A DNA stretch of 45,978 bases, filler included, from Jimgerdemannia flammicorona (taxonomy: Eukaryota): the NCBI GenBank assembly GCA_003990765.1. It is 2 parts of 2 records of this genome, joined end to end, with 100 filler letters (N's around TTAATTAATTAA, not from the genome) between each part and the next. Parts side by side here need not be neighbours in the genome. Positions count along the whole stretch, not along the records: positions 1 to 22,940 come from RBNJ01001180.1; positions 23,041 to 45,978 come from RBNJ01001181.1. One strand, 5' to 3'. A program made the position numbers and the translations under genes. The notes below the pieces were generated by a model. The model did no database searches, was not told the DNA's origin, and saw only the letters and a list, made by a program, of their open reading frames with translations. The number at the start of each line of letters is the position of its first letter. Position 1 is the first letter of the stretch. Below, one piece after another: positions 12,956-25,619 of this stretch.

Positions 12956-13764
12956 GAAGCTTAGTGGAGTGATAGAATGGAGGGCAGTTATATAGAAGAC
13001 TTATGAGATATTGATATATTTGGAGATAGTAAATAGAAAGAGGTAGTAAGTAGATAAGGTATTATGAGAGAAGACTCAGAAGGATAGACCTATAGTTGGG
13101 ACTGGAGAAGTTACTGGTAGAATAGTAATAAGCACTTGGGCTGGAGATAGAGCTAGAGTAATACTGAGAGGTGTGGTAGAGAGTAGAGAGAATAGAGCTA
13201 TATGGCTATATAATGAGAGAGTGCTAGAGATCTGGGAGAAAGAGGAGAGGCTGGAGACAAGAACTAATGTATGAGTTGTGGAGAATAGAGCAGATGTGGA
13301 GATAAGAGATATACAGAGGGTTTGGTTTGGAATACCTAATGTAGTGAAGGTGGGGCAGATAGTTGATGTTACTAAGGATAAGCTGCAGGATATTTCTGAG
13401 GAGAGATGGAATGAGTTGGCAAGTATATATACTAATATCACAATACTGGAGGGGAGAGATCAGTAACTCTTAAAAAGAAGCAGATTGGGGACTTGATGTA
13501 GATAATTAAGATAATAGATAGATTGGCTATTGAGAAGCTGGAGGGGGAGAGTAGACTTATAGGTGATTAGTAAGGAGCAATTGATATAAGTACTGAGGGG
13601 AGATAGACTGGTATATCTTTCTTTGGTACTATTTAGGTTATATAACCTTTGGAAAGAACTTACAATATTATTTTTGGAGAAAAGAAACTAGCAACATAGT
13701 GACTGATAGACAATCTGAGGTATGTACTGGATAGGGTGGCCCTAGTATATTCAACTGGCAGTAT

Positions 13765-15720
13765 ATGGGGAGAGGCTCTGGCCTGGGGGATGGTATGAGG
13801 GGGCTGTTGGCAGGAGGATGCAGAAGGGGAGGAGGCAGTGGTGGAGGACAGGGGTCTGGGAGGGTGAGCTTTGCAGAGATGGTGAAGGAGAGACAGCAGA
13901 CATCTGGGCTAGAGAGATGGCTGAGGAAAGGCAAGGAGATGGGGAAGGTAGCAGCACATGGGGGAGTAGCCCTTGGCAGTGGAGGCAGTGGAGCTGGGGG
14001 TATAGTGGCTGGGGGGAGTATGATAGCTGATGGCAATGGGACTGCCAATCTGGAAAAAAATCCAGATATAACTGCTGATAGTATGGCTGAGCAGCTGGGG
14101 ATTAGAAGGCAGAGAAATTTAGCAGATGGTATGATAGGCCTAGCAGTGGCCCCATTACTCAAAAAATCAATCTTGACATTTATGGTTACACTGTACTTCT
14201 GGGGTCTAGCAGTGATAGCAAAAATAGTACTGGGGCTTATTGCTAAGCAGATGGCTGGAGCAGCATCTATAAAGTTTCTAAAGGGATTAGAGAGAGTAGA
14301 GATGGGCTTTGAGGAGACTGGGCCCTTAGAGGAGGTGCTGAAGATTGGACTAACTATGGGGGAGGTGTGTGTTCCAATAGTATATTGCCTGAGATAGGAC
14401 CTCAGGGTGGTACAACTGCTGGTAAAAGGAGTGCCCATGATGATAGTAGTGGAGACAAGAAGGAGAGTTGAGGAGGTCATAGAGGAGTATGGAGAGATAG
14501 TGGATATCAAATTCAGAGTCTGGGAAGAGACCTCACTCAGGACTGGGGATATTGATGTAAGAATTCAGCTAGCAGAGAAGGAGGCTACCAGGAAGGTAAG
14601 GGACTGGCCTTTGGTGATGATCTGGAGGGCAATCTTGTACAAGATGATGAGGGTGAAGGGGAGTGAGGAGGAGGAAGAGGATTTATTGAAAGTGCTAAAA
14701 GAGCTGAGTGGTACTGTGGAGCAGTGGGCAAAGGCTTGAAAGGTCTTTGCGGAGTCAACACACTTGGAGGTAGTGGATGGAAAGTAGATTTGAGTGAACA
14801 AGGGGCAGTGGGAAAGAGCTCAGGGACATAAGAGACAGAAAGAGCTACTGGCTAAGCTGGAGAGTAGACTACAGAAGGATGCAGGCAGAATGGTAGAGGT
14901 GGGGAGTGCTAAAGTGAGTATCTGGGCTGGCAAGGATAGCAGGAGTGCAGGAAAGGAAACAAGAGTGGACAGAGAGGTGACTGGTAAGGACCCATATGCT
15001 AATGGTATATTTGAGGTCTGAGAGGAGGACTAAGAGATCTCACCTACCTCTACTTCTCTTATCAGGTGAGGTCTAGCTTTCTGAAGTAGGGTGGTAGAGG
15101 ATGTGTCAATGCGGGGGGGCCAGTGAGTGCAATTTGGGGTACCAGAGATAGCAAATGAGGGACAAGTAGTGACAGTTAGAGAAGAGAAACTGGTAGATAT
15201 CCCAGAGGTATACATATGAGTCTGTGAGTACCAGGGCTGACACCACAATGCTGGATAGAGGGAGGCTGGTGACTTCTAGAGAGAAGGAGGTGGGGAATCT
15301 ACTTTGGATGTATAGGATAATGAATAATCTGGTGGCTGAAGAGTTGGGAGAGGTGGACCTGAGAGTAATGAGTGATGAACATTGGGCATAGATCCTGCAG
15401 AGAGATGGAGTGGTGATGGCTTTGAAGACAGAAATTCTTATAGTATATCTGGAGAAGGAAGGGTATGAGGTGGATAAGGAGCAGGAGGCAGAGCTGGCAG
15501 GTATTATGGGTGAGAGGGCTAAATACTGCTAGACCAAGTGTCATAGATTGCAGCTCTGGCAGGAGATCTGCCTGAAGTATCAGGAGGAGTTTGAGAAGAA
15601 GGCAGATGGGGAGATGAATGAGCTATTGACTGGATTGGAGGCTCAGAGAGCTGAAGAGGAGGCAGTGACTGCAGAACATAATCTAGATATAGCACAGAAA
15701 GAGATAAATATAGAGCAGTA
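13765..15720 (+). pseudogene. LINE ORF1 remnant
   Basis: Long, mostly in-frame ORF pieces (13765-14397, 14407-14739, 14794-15021) upstream of ORF2; glycine-rich N-terminus. Boundaries approximate. Confidence 0.7.
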
Positions 15721-15752
15721 GAGCTAGACTTGATGACTTACCATATTTCATT

Positions 15753-18700
15753 ATGAATAGTATAACCAACATTTTTTCTCTAAATATAAATGGGCTGCAG
15801 GGTACTTCTTGATATAGGAACATTTTTACTTGGCTAAAGGGATTGGAGGCTGATCTCTTCCTCTTGTAGGATGTCAGGTGTGAGGATGATTTGGATAGGC
15901 TGGAATAGACAAAGGAATGGGGAGGTGAGACAGTTTGGAAGAGCAAGATTGAGATTCTGGTCTGGAAAGATAGAGGGGAGATACAGGATATGAGAAGCTA
16001 GGGGGATCAATTGGTCTGGAGAGAGTAGATATGTACAGGTTGGGAGCCAGTTATAGTGGGCTCCTGTTACTGCTCTGCCATATGGGGTAAGTATGTGGAT
16101 TGGGTGAAGAGTCTCCAGGAGAGTGGGGTCCTTGCAGAGACTGGAGTAAATATGATTGGTGGAGACTTCAATATGGTCCAGAATGTACTGAGAGATAGAA
16201 CAGATGGAGGACAGGGAGCTGAGAGTAGGAGTGGAGGACTGGCAGTATAGAAGGAAGTAGAAAGACTAAGTGCTCTAGTAGATATTGGTAGGGAGAGTTG
16301 GGGGGATAGGAGGGTATATATACATTGGGCAGAAGGCCTGGAAATGAGGATTGACTGGATTCTAACAGCCAGCTGCTGGGGCATGGATGTTTGGAAGTCA
16401 CTGGAGGTGGAATGGTGTCCATGATCAGATCATTGGAGGCTGTTAGGACAGATGTATTTTGGGGGGAGTGGGGATGGGTCTAGACATTAGTACCTCAATT
16501 CCTCCTTATTAGATGATAGGATCCAGTGGGATGAGTGGGCTGAAGACATTCAACTGAGGGTGGAGAGCTGGAGGCAGGAAGGTGCTCCAGTTGGTGTTCA
16601 GTAGATAAGAATGAAAGAGATGGCCAGGGTCTACTGGAGTGAGGCTGGCAAGGAGGCTGGGAAGCAGAGGAGGTGCCAGGTGAGATGGGCTTCTGTTAGA
16701 CTGACTAAGCTCTTAGAGGATTAGGTAGAGCTAGCAACATTGGAGGAGAGAGAGGATTGGAGAGTGATGAGGGCAAAAAGAGAGGTTGGAGAATTACAAC
16801 AGGTATTACAAGAAGAAGAGGAGGCAAGGGTACAGAGTTTGGCAGTTCAGCTTCATTAGCAGGGTTTAGAGGAAGGGAAGAGGGCCTCAAAGTATCTCAT
16901 GAGGGCGCTTTGGGCAAGAAGGGTACAGCAAAGATAGGAGGGGGTACTTAACTCTGATGGTGTACTGATGTATAGTATATAAGACATTCTTGGGTTGTTA
17001 AAGGAGTGATAGAGTGAACTGTGGAGTGAGAAGGAGGTGGAACTAATGCTGCTGCCATTGACTGAGTATTGGAGGATTGGCATCCCCCACAAGTAGAGAG
17101 GCTGGATGACTTGATGTCACCAGTACAAGAGGAAGAGATCCACCAGGTTTTTGCTATGACAATTCTGGGTACAGTACCTGGGGAGGATGGTCTGCTCTGA
17201 GACTTCTGGAAGAAGATGGTGGAAGTCTCAGGAGTATTAGGTGAGATGATAGCATTGTGTGATTTTATACTACAGATAGAGAGATAGGTGGGGGAGCAGA
17301 ATTTAGAGCTGGTAATATTATTTTACAAGAACAAAGGATAGTAAGAGGACTGGAAGAACTGGCAGCTAATTATGCTGCTAGACATAGATAGAAAGTTAGT
17401 AACTAAGGTGGTGGTTGTAAGGCTATATATAGAAGGTGGCTCAGCAAGTCTTGGGTGTTAAGCAGTAGGGCTTTGTAGGAGGCTGGCTCATTAGAGATAG
17501 CACAGCCTGGGTACATAGAGTTATTAAAGGGGTGTGAGCTTGTGAACTAGATGGGTGACTGGTCTTCTTTGACCAGGAGAAGACTTATGACTGGGTGTGG
17601 CGAGTCTGGCTGATGAAAGTATTAGATAGGACTGGGGTACTGTACCAGTTCCAGTCAGCAATGATCAGCCTACTGGAAGGGAGTAGAGCTGTGCTTATGT
17701 ATAATAGACATAGAGGGGTGTCATTTCTCCTAAGTAGAGGTGTGCCCCAGGGGGACCCACTGTCCTCTATTCTGTATGCTCTTTCCCTAGAACTCCTAAT
17801 AGACAGAATCAGGTAGAAGATAGTGGGGCTCTCTGTCTTTGGAATTGGGTGGAAAGTTGGAGTCTTTGCAGATGACATAGTGGTTGGCCTGGGATTAATC
17901 ACTGATATTGAGAAGCTCAAGAAGACAGTGAAGTGGTATGAGGAGAACTCTGGGGCTAAACTCAATTGGCACAAGTGTAAAACTATGGTGTTAGGCAACA
18001 GTCTGATGGGAGGGGATGTTATTAGAACAATCATTCCTACTGGTGAGGTAGTGTGGTACTTGGGTATTTATTTATCAGTATATGGATTGGTCCTACCCAG
18101 ATATTGGTGAGAGCAGAGGGTTGGAATTTGAGGTGAAGCCCTACAGAGTTGAGAGAGTTGCCACTTGTCTCTAGTGAGATATGTCTCAATTTTGAATGTC
18201 TATTGACTGCCAAAGTTGTGGTATCTGGCTTATCATTTGGACTTCCCAGCATAGGTGATGAAGAGATTGATAAAGCTGGCCAAGGGATAGATCTGGGCTG
18301 GAAGAAGGAGTCAGATCAGTTGGGAGATCTTATCCTTACCAGTGGCAAGAGGAGGCCTTGGGCTGGTAAACTTTCCAAAGAGACTATACTGCTTAAGAGC
18401 ATAGTGATTAAAGAGAGCAGTGGAGTTGAGAGAGAGTGGTTGGGTCTCTTTATTGCAGAAGGTCTGGGAGATGAGATTCTTATTAAGAGGCTTAATAGGA
18501 GATCTCCTATCTTTGATTAGGCTTCAGAACACTAAAAAATTGTATTATAAAGGTTTCTGGTGAGGGGTAGCAGAGGGGGTGCACTGCATTGGAATTCATT
18601 AGCAGGGGAATAAAGGAGAGGTAGCTTGGGACCCAGTGATGTAGAGATAAGACCAAGTGTTGCTGAGAGGTATTCTCTTAATTGATTTAAATATTAGTGA

Positions 18701-19380
18701 TGGGATTGAATGCCAAAGGAGACCAGGCCAGGATCTGTGGTCTAGTGGATGACAGAGAGTGGGTATTAGTGAAGAGTAGAACTGGCATAGCATCTGGACC
18801 TAGAGTGCAGAGGTGAGGAGGTAGATGTCACTGAAGTACTGAGTGGTCTGGTGGCAAATGTTGAGGAGGAATATAATGCTCAACTTTTGCTTGAATCACT
18901 TCATTGAGGGGGGTTGCTTTGACTGTAAGAAGTGCCACAATATAGGACAGGAAGGGAGATATATATAGATACCTGAATATTGACTAAGAGAGTATGAGGT
19001 ACTTAGTGACTTTTGGCAGGCTATTGGGGATTGTTTGGGGGTAGTGTATAGGGGATATGGCATATAAGATCAGTGGGAGGATTTGAGAGATAGACTGGTG
19101 GGGGGAGTGGGGAAGGAGTAGCTTATCTTAGGCTGGGTTTTGGCAATTTGGGTAGAGCTGACCAGTCACTAGTTGTTTGTTTTTGAGAATGAGAGAAGAC
19201 TGGGCTTGGGAGACTGGTTGCTGTATTGATATAGACTTATGGAAGACACCTTGATAGGCTGGTGGCTTGGTTGGGGGTTGCAGAGTAGTCAGAGATATTG
19301 CTTGATAGAGAAAACCTGTGGGTAGAGTAGAGGGAGGATTGGAGTAGTGGGTGAGAAGGTAGTCTTTATTCATGATGATG
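15753..19380 (+). pseudogene. LINE ORF2 remnant (APE endonuclease + RT)
   Basis: MNSITNIFSLNINGL, GGDFN, RIDWIL, SDH, GVPQGDPLS, VFADD. 3' end approximate. Confidence 0.9.
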
Positions 19381-20522
19381 TGGGGAGAGGCTCCCCTATG
19401 GGAATTGGATAGTGAGAGGTGATACTGTAAACTTATTAATAGACTGGTAATAAATGGTGAAGTCTAAGTGAAAAAAAAAAAAAAAAAAAAGGAGATAGAC
19501 TAGTAGAGAAACTGAAGACTGAAGTGCTGGCAGTCTTACTAAAGAAGGAGGAATATGAGGTTGATGAGATATAGAAGGTTGAATTGGTAGTAATAGTGAG
19601 AGAGAGAGTAGCATTTTGATTTAAGTAGAGGTATGGCTTACAGTACTAGTAAGAGACTTATGTGGAATATATATAAAGAGGAGATAGAGAAAAAGAATGA
19701 TGAGGTAATTACTGATATTTTAGTGGGTCTGGAGACAAAAGAGGCTATAGAGGTAGAGAATATAGCTAAGTATAGTCTGGACTTAGTGTATAAGGAGATA
19801 AGTATAGAGCTATAAGAAGTTAAATCTATTCTATAATATTTTCTCATTAAATGTAAATAGTTTGCAGAGCTTTGTGAGATATCAAAACATTTCTCTTAGT
19901 TAAAGGAATGGAGGCTGATCTCTTTCTTTTGTAGAATGTATATTGAGAAAAAGACTTAGATGAGCAGAATTAGATAAGTAAATAGAGTGGTATAGTAGTT
20001 TGAAGGAATAAGGTTAGAATACTAGTATAGAGTGATAAAGATGATCTTTGTGAAGTTGAAGACTAGAGTGGCTGATTGGTATAGAGGGAGTGATATAGGC
20101 CAGAGTAAGAGTTTGTTATTATTAGCTCTTACTATTGCCTAACAGTATAAGGTGAGTGGATTGAGTGATTGAAGAGACTTCTAGATTACAGAGTATTGGC
20201 TGAGATAGGGGTGGATGTGCTTAGGAGAGACTTCAATATGGTCTGAGATATGTTGTTGAACAGAACTAATAGAGAAAGGAGTATAGATGGCTATACTAGT
20301 AATCTAGAGATGTGAGAGGAAATAGAGAGACTAGACTTCTTAGTAAATACTGACAGGGCATTGTAGGGTGACCAGTAGGTCTATACTTACTGGGTAAATA
20401 AACTTGGAATGAAGATTGACTAAATGCTAATAGCTGATTAGTGAGGGATGGATATTTGAACAAGATTAGAGATTAAGTAGTATATCTAGTCTTATTATTA
20501 AGAATTAATAAGATGTGGTCAG

Positions 20523-21294
20523 TGTAATAACTCTCACTTCTACCCCTCTCTTATCCTTTGGATAATTAGGGAAGTGGACTATTACTTAGGGACTTAGTAC
20601 ACAATATATACCAAGAAGCCTTCAGTTGAGAAAGCACTCACTTATAAGTAGTTGTAGCAGTAGTGCCTTCTATTTTAAAGGTCTTTCTTTGATTTGCCCT
20701 ATCTTTCAAGAGTCTTGTTCTTTGCTGTGCACAGACTGAATTTGCCTTGGAATTCAGGTTCAATTGGGTTTACTTAAGTCTTTGGGGATTTATATACTGG
20801 TCTCAGTTATGGCAGAAGTTAGCTAGGCTTCTGGAGTTTAATCAGAAACACTAGAGTCACTTAGGTGTTATTACTAAGACTCAGGGAATGTGTGTGTATG
20901 GGGGGGACTTAATTCTTGTATCAAAGACTGAACTAAAACTGCTTTATTTCAGATGGAAACTGGGGGGTATTTATACAAGTTGGTCCACGATTTCTGACCA
21001 AGTATGAATGACTAATTTGGTAACTATAATGAGGTTTGTGATCACAACCTTTGTCAGGCAGTTTTTGGCAAAAACAACTTTGTGATCAAGACCTCAATTA
21101 CTAGGCAATGATCAGCTGCTGTGGCAACAGTTTCTGTGGCGTCGATTGTTGGGGATAAGCTGGATATCGTTTTTCGCGTCGTTCGTTTGCATCGTTCGTT
21201 CGTTCGTTATTCATATGTCGCGCTCGATCGTATGATGACGTCATCGCTCGCCAGGTCACGTGATCGCTCGTCGCGTCTCGTTCGTTCTATTACA
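20523..21294 (-). mobile_element. Solo LTR family C (772 bp)
   Basis: TGTAATA...TATTACA with perfect TSD GTCAG (20518-20522 and 21295-21299). Minus-strand GTATAAATACCCC at ~20963-20976 gives the orientation. Confidence 0.92.
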
Positions 21295-22805
21295 GTCAGT
21301 TTGAGAGAAGTAGAGATAGACTTAGATATTAGTATCTTAATTTCTCCTTGTTGGCTAAGCAAGGGCTTTGGAATACTTGGGTAGAAGATATTGGTCTGAA
21401 AATTGCTTGCTGGAATCAGAAGGAGTGTCCAGTCAGGGTCTACTAGGTAAGACTAAAGGAGGCTACTAGAGTTTATTAGAAAGAGGCTGACAGGTTTGCT
21501 GGAAGATAGCAGTGAAGGAGAGTAAGGTGGGCTTCAGTTCAGTTGACCCAGTTACAGATGGATTGGGTAGACATATTGAACCTAGAGACAGGAGAAGATT
21601 GGAGGTGAGACTGAGCTAAGTTAGAAGTAATAGAGATATAAAGAGTATTAAGGGAAGAGAAGAAGACTCATATAAAGGAGATGATAGCTCAGCTGTATTG
21701 GCAGAGACTTGAAGAGAGTGAGAGATTTTCAAAATATCTGTTACAGCTTCTTTAGACAAAGTGGATAAGATAAAGGTGGGATGATATACTTAATATAGAG
21801 AACTTACTAGTATATAGAATATAATAGAACTTGAGTTCTTTAAAGAGATAGTAAGGAGGTCTGTGGAGTAAGAAGAAGGGAGGTACTGATGTAGTGGCTA
21901 TTGAGCATACTCTGATAGATTGGCAATCTCTACTGGTAGACAGTCTTAGTGATCTGATTCTGCCAGTTCAGGAGGAGAGTACTGTACTGAGTAAAAATAG
22001 TCTACTATGGAACTTTTGAAAGAAGATGGTAGAGGTTCCTAGAGTATTAGGAGTAATGACAAAGTTATATAATTATATACTCATATCTGAGATATGGATC
22101 AGGAAGCAGGATCTTAGTCTGATTATACTACTATTCAAAGATAAGAGTAAGTGAGAGAATTAAAAAAACTGGCAGCTAATCATACTTCTGGATATAAATA
22201 GAAAGATAGTTATGAAAGTGATTATAGTAAGACTGCAAAAGGTAGCTCAACAGATACTGAGTGAGAAGCAAAGAGACTTTATTAGAGACTATCTTATTAG
22301 AGATGAGATAGTATAGATATATAATATTATTGAAGAAGTAAGAACTAGTAAGTTAGATGGGAGATTGGTCTTTCTAGACTAGAAGAAGGCCTATAATTAT
22401 ATGAGGTAAGTTTGGTTAGAGAAGGTATTGAATAGGATTGATATCTCTTAGTAGTTCTGAGTATTGATGATCAGTCTACTAGAGGGTAGCAGAACAGTAC
22501 TTATATATAATGATCATTATAGTATTATATTTCCACTAGAGAGAGGAGTTCTTTAAGAGAATCCATTATTTCCAATCTAATATACTCTATCTTTGGAATC
22601 TTTAATAGATAGAATTCACTATAAGATAGTTGGACTCTTGATCTATGGAATAGTCTGGAAGATTGGAGTCTTTACTGATAATATAGTAGTTGATCTTGAC
22701 TCTATCACTAATGTGGAAGTGCTGAGAGAGTCTGTGGAATAATATAAAGAGCACTCTGAGATAAGGCTTAAGTAGTATAAGTATAAGACAATAGTACTGA
22801 TTAGG

Positions 22806-22940
22806 TATAAGAGGGTTGCTTTTAGGGTAACCATTACATAGTTCTGGAAGAGTTCTCTGGAAGTTCTGGATATTCTGGAAGACCATTTTCTTAAGGTCAA
22901 GATCAATTTCATATGGAGTATATCCTCTTTTTTTTTTTTT
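22806..22940 (-). mobile_element. End of another family A LTR, interrupted by a poly(T) at the contig end
   Basis: TATAAGAGGG... matches 41910 onward; T-run 22928-22940 precedes the gap. Confidence 0.8.
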
Positions 22941-23040
22941 NNNNNNNNNNNNNNNNNNNNNNNNNNNNNNNNNNNNNNNNNNNNTTAATTAATTAANNNN
23001 NNNNNNNNNNNNNNNNNNNNNNNNNNNNNNNNNNNNNNNN
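22941..23040. other. Assembly gap with artificial TTAATTAATTAA all-frame-stop linker
   Basis: N-runs flank TTAATTAATTAA (22985-22996). Confidence 0.95.
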
Positions 23041-23053
23041 AAAAAAAAAAAAA

Positions 23054-23911
23054 GAACCAAGATCTGTTATCCTTGTACAACCACTACCACCAAGAATAGT
23101 CTTAATCTTACAAGAGATAGAAGTGATGACACCTTGAAACTGATGATGTCAGAAGTCAGAAAACTGCTCAAACTTTGCCAGCAATGATGTCATCAATAGT
23201 GATGTCATCAAAGACTACCCAGACAGCATCTAAACCTATAAATAGCTTAGCAGTCATAGTATAGTTAGATTAGTCTTGTATGATGTAACTGTGAACTAAC
23301 TCAGCAGTCAGACGATCTCTTGACATGTCAGATCACACTTATATTACATAACTGCATTCCAACTCAGCAAGATACTTAGTGCTACATCCATATTTAGCAT
23401 AGTCCAGATAGCCCCTCACTAGTATAAATACCCCCTCCCCCAGACCTCAGAATCTCAGATCTAAACAATTCAAACACAACTCCTGAGCACTTCCCCACAA
23501 TATCCCTTCATATAACTACTCCTAATATAGCAATATCATAAATAGCGAATAAATCTATTTAATAACCCACAACCCACTCTTAAGTAAATCTGCTCTCCAT
23601 TAGGTCCCACTCCTAACTCTCTTACAAAATTTCCTAATTGGGTATTATCTGCAGCAATACACCAATTCAACTAAGCTGGTCTTAGTTTCTTGAACTTCCT
23701 GAAATATGAAAAATTCTGAGCATCCAGAACTAGTCTGAAAAAGAACTTTGGTTGAGATGTCAACCCAAACTTGAAATCAATAAGCATAGAGGATGTACTC
23801 CATACAAAATTGATCTTGACCATAAGAAAATGGTCTTCCAGAATATTCAGAACTTCCAGAAAACTCTTTCAGAACTATATAATGGTTACCCTAAAAAGCA
23901 ATCCTCTTATA
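23054..23911 (+). mobile_element. Family A LTR (variant) in opposite orientation, inserted into another family A LTR
   Basis: ~23195-23911 is the reverse complement of 41910-~42620 and ends CTCTTATA. The minus-strand LTR resumes at 23912. Confidence 0.85.
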
Positions 23912-24639
23912 GATGCAGTTGTAGATCTTGGTGGTCATATTTGTATATATTCAGAAGTTGTGGTTGTTGTTTGTTTTGGTTCTCTGTTTCGACATATCTT
24001 GGTACTCAGTATATATGTATTTAGTCCTGATTGATAAGATTCTGTTTGTGTAAATCTTGTATTCCATAACTTCATGTTGACTCAGCTTTGTACACTGTGA
24101 CTTTGGTTTGACTCAGCTTTGTAATCATGCAGGTGATTTCCAAATTTGTTCAGAGGTCATGTGTGATTTTGGTGGCTTGTTCAGAGGGTGACATGTGATT
24201 TCAGTGGCTTGGAGGTTGTGTGCTTACAACTCTCCCCTTCTTAGCTTTCGACATCCTCATCGGGGCCTTCTAATTTGTTCTGGTGTTGTTGTACCATTTG
24301 GATAGTTCTTATAGCTATATTTATTGAGGATTTGTTCAACTTTGTATTCTTCTTGGTCATTAATAATGACAGATACAGGTGGTTCTGTGGTTCAGTTCAG
24401 AAATGTGTCTCAGACCTTCTGGAGTAGTGGTCTGACACAGCTGTCAACTTTGGAAAAGTCTTCTTCAGAGTTCTCAGGTTCTCCTTTGGATGGGCAGATG
24501 GAGATAGCAAAGAGAGGGCATTTCTTGGCTAATTTCTTGAGTTGTAGCTTGTTGATGTGAGTGATCTTTGGTCCAGAGTCACTAGAGTTGAGTGGGTCCT
24601 TTTTATCTTGCAGTTTGAAGTTGTGGTGTCCTTTCTTGA

Positions 24640-24975
24640 TAATCAGAGAATGGTTTACCCAATTGATCATGGGGTTCTCTTGTTTCAACCATAGAGTCCT
24701 AAGGATGATTTCATTGTCAGAAAGTGGTATGATCTGAAGGGTAACATATACTCGATAGTCACCAATTCAGAAGGGCAGATTGCAGACTTCTTTGTTAATG
24801 ACATGTGAGGTTCCATCAGCTATAGCAACTGCTCGAGTTTGTTATACCAGAGAGGTGAAGACCTTGAGTCTGTTGGCTGTTTCTTTATTGATGAAGTTGC
24901 CTGAAGCACTACTGTCTATCATAATCTTGACAGGTGCTCAGTTGACAAAAGCTTTAAGTATAAGCAGTTTGTCTG
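24640..24975 (-). pseudogene. Aspartic protease of family A
   Basis: IMIDSSASGNFI...IILRTLWLKQENPMINW. Confidence 0.85.
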
Positions 24976-25184
24976 ATCCAATGGTAGTGATTTCAGTTAT
25001 AGGAGCTTTCCTTCTGTTGGTTCTTCTTTGAGCCAATTCATTGACACAAGAGAAGCAATCATCAATTATTTGGAAAGAGTACATTCCAATACCATGGAGA
25101 TATTGGCCACTTGGTACATATCTATCTTCAATTTTCTTATAGAATTGTTCTTCCTTGCTCATGGTAGGTTGGGCTGGGGTCTTG

Positions 25185-25600
25185 TTTGATGAGCCAAATT
25201 CTTTGGATCCTTGGATAGTGGGTAGTAGTTCAGGGACTTCCTTGATTGTCAGAGTTGACTCAATTTTCTCAAATAGGATCTGGGTAATGCAGAAACCAAT
25301 AGGGATCTTGAAGGGTGTCTAACTTTTGGATGAGGATAATAATTTCGCCTGTATAATCTTTGTCAATGACTCCTCCTTCTACTGAGAGTTCTTTCAATGC
25401 TAGGCTGCTGTGACAGCATATTCTTCCAATATATCCTTCAGGAATTTGGATGCTGATTCCTGTATAGACTTGCTTGACTTCTCAGTTGGAAACTGTAGCT
25501 TCTTCAGCTACATACAGGTCATATCCAGCTACTTTTTGACTTCCTTTGGTTGGGGTCTTTACAGTTTGTCTTAACTTGACAAAGTCCAGTATTCTGGTAG
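25185..25600 (-). pseudogene. dut: dUTPase domain of family A
   Basis: AGYDL, TGISIQIPEGY.GRI, GGVIDKDYTGEI, ITQIL, QGSKEFGSS. Confidence 0.9.
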
Positions 25601-25619
25601 TCAGGTTATTGAGGTAGTA

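Larger units (their letters stand above)
13614..19490 (+). mobile_element. Full-length L1-like LINE copy 2 (5.9 kb; ORF1 + ORF2), decayed
   Basis: 15-bp TSD GGAGATAGACTGGTA (13599-13613) / GGAGATAGACTAGTA (19491-19505); poly(A) 19471-19490. Confidence 0.93.
12956..22805 (+). mobile_element. Oldest LINE (related subfamily), split into 12956-13613, 19491-20522 and 21295-22805
   Basis: ORF1 remnant resembles LINE copy 2 ORF1 (RVWFGIPNVVKVGQIV vs VQFGVPEIANEGQVV). NIFSLNVN at ~19835, GDFN at ~20224-20237, RT remnants at 22100-22800. Confidence 0.82.

Noticed and set aside
13668..14510. 280-aa minus-strand Pro/Ser-rich ORF
   Set aside because: Antisense to G-rich LINE ORF1; compositional artefact.
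22941..23040. TTAATTAATTAA palindrome amid Ns
   Set aside because: Artificial gap linker. Adjacency across it is unproven.
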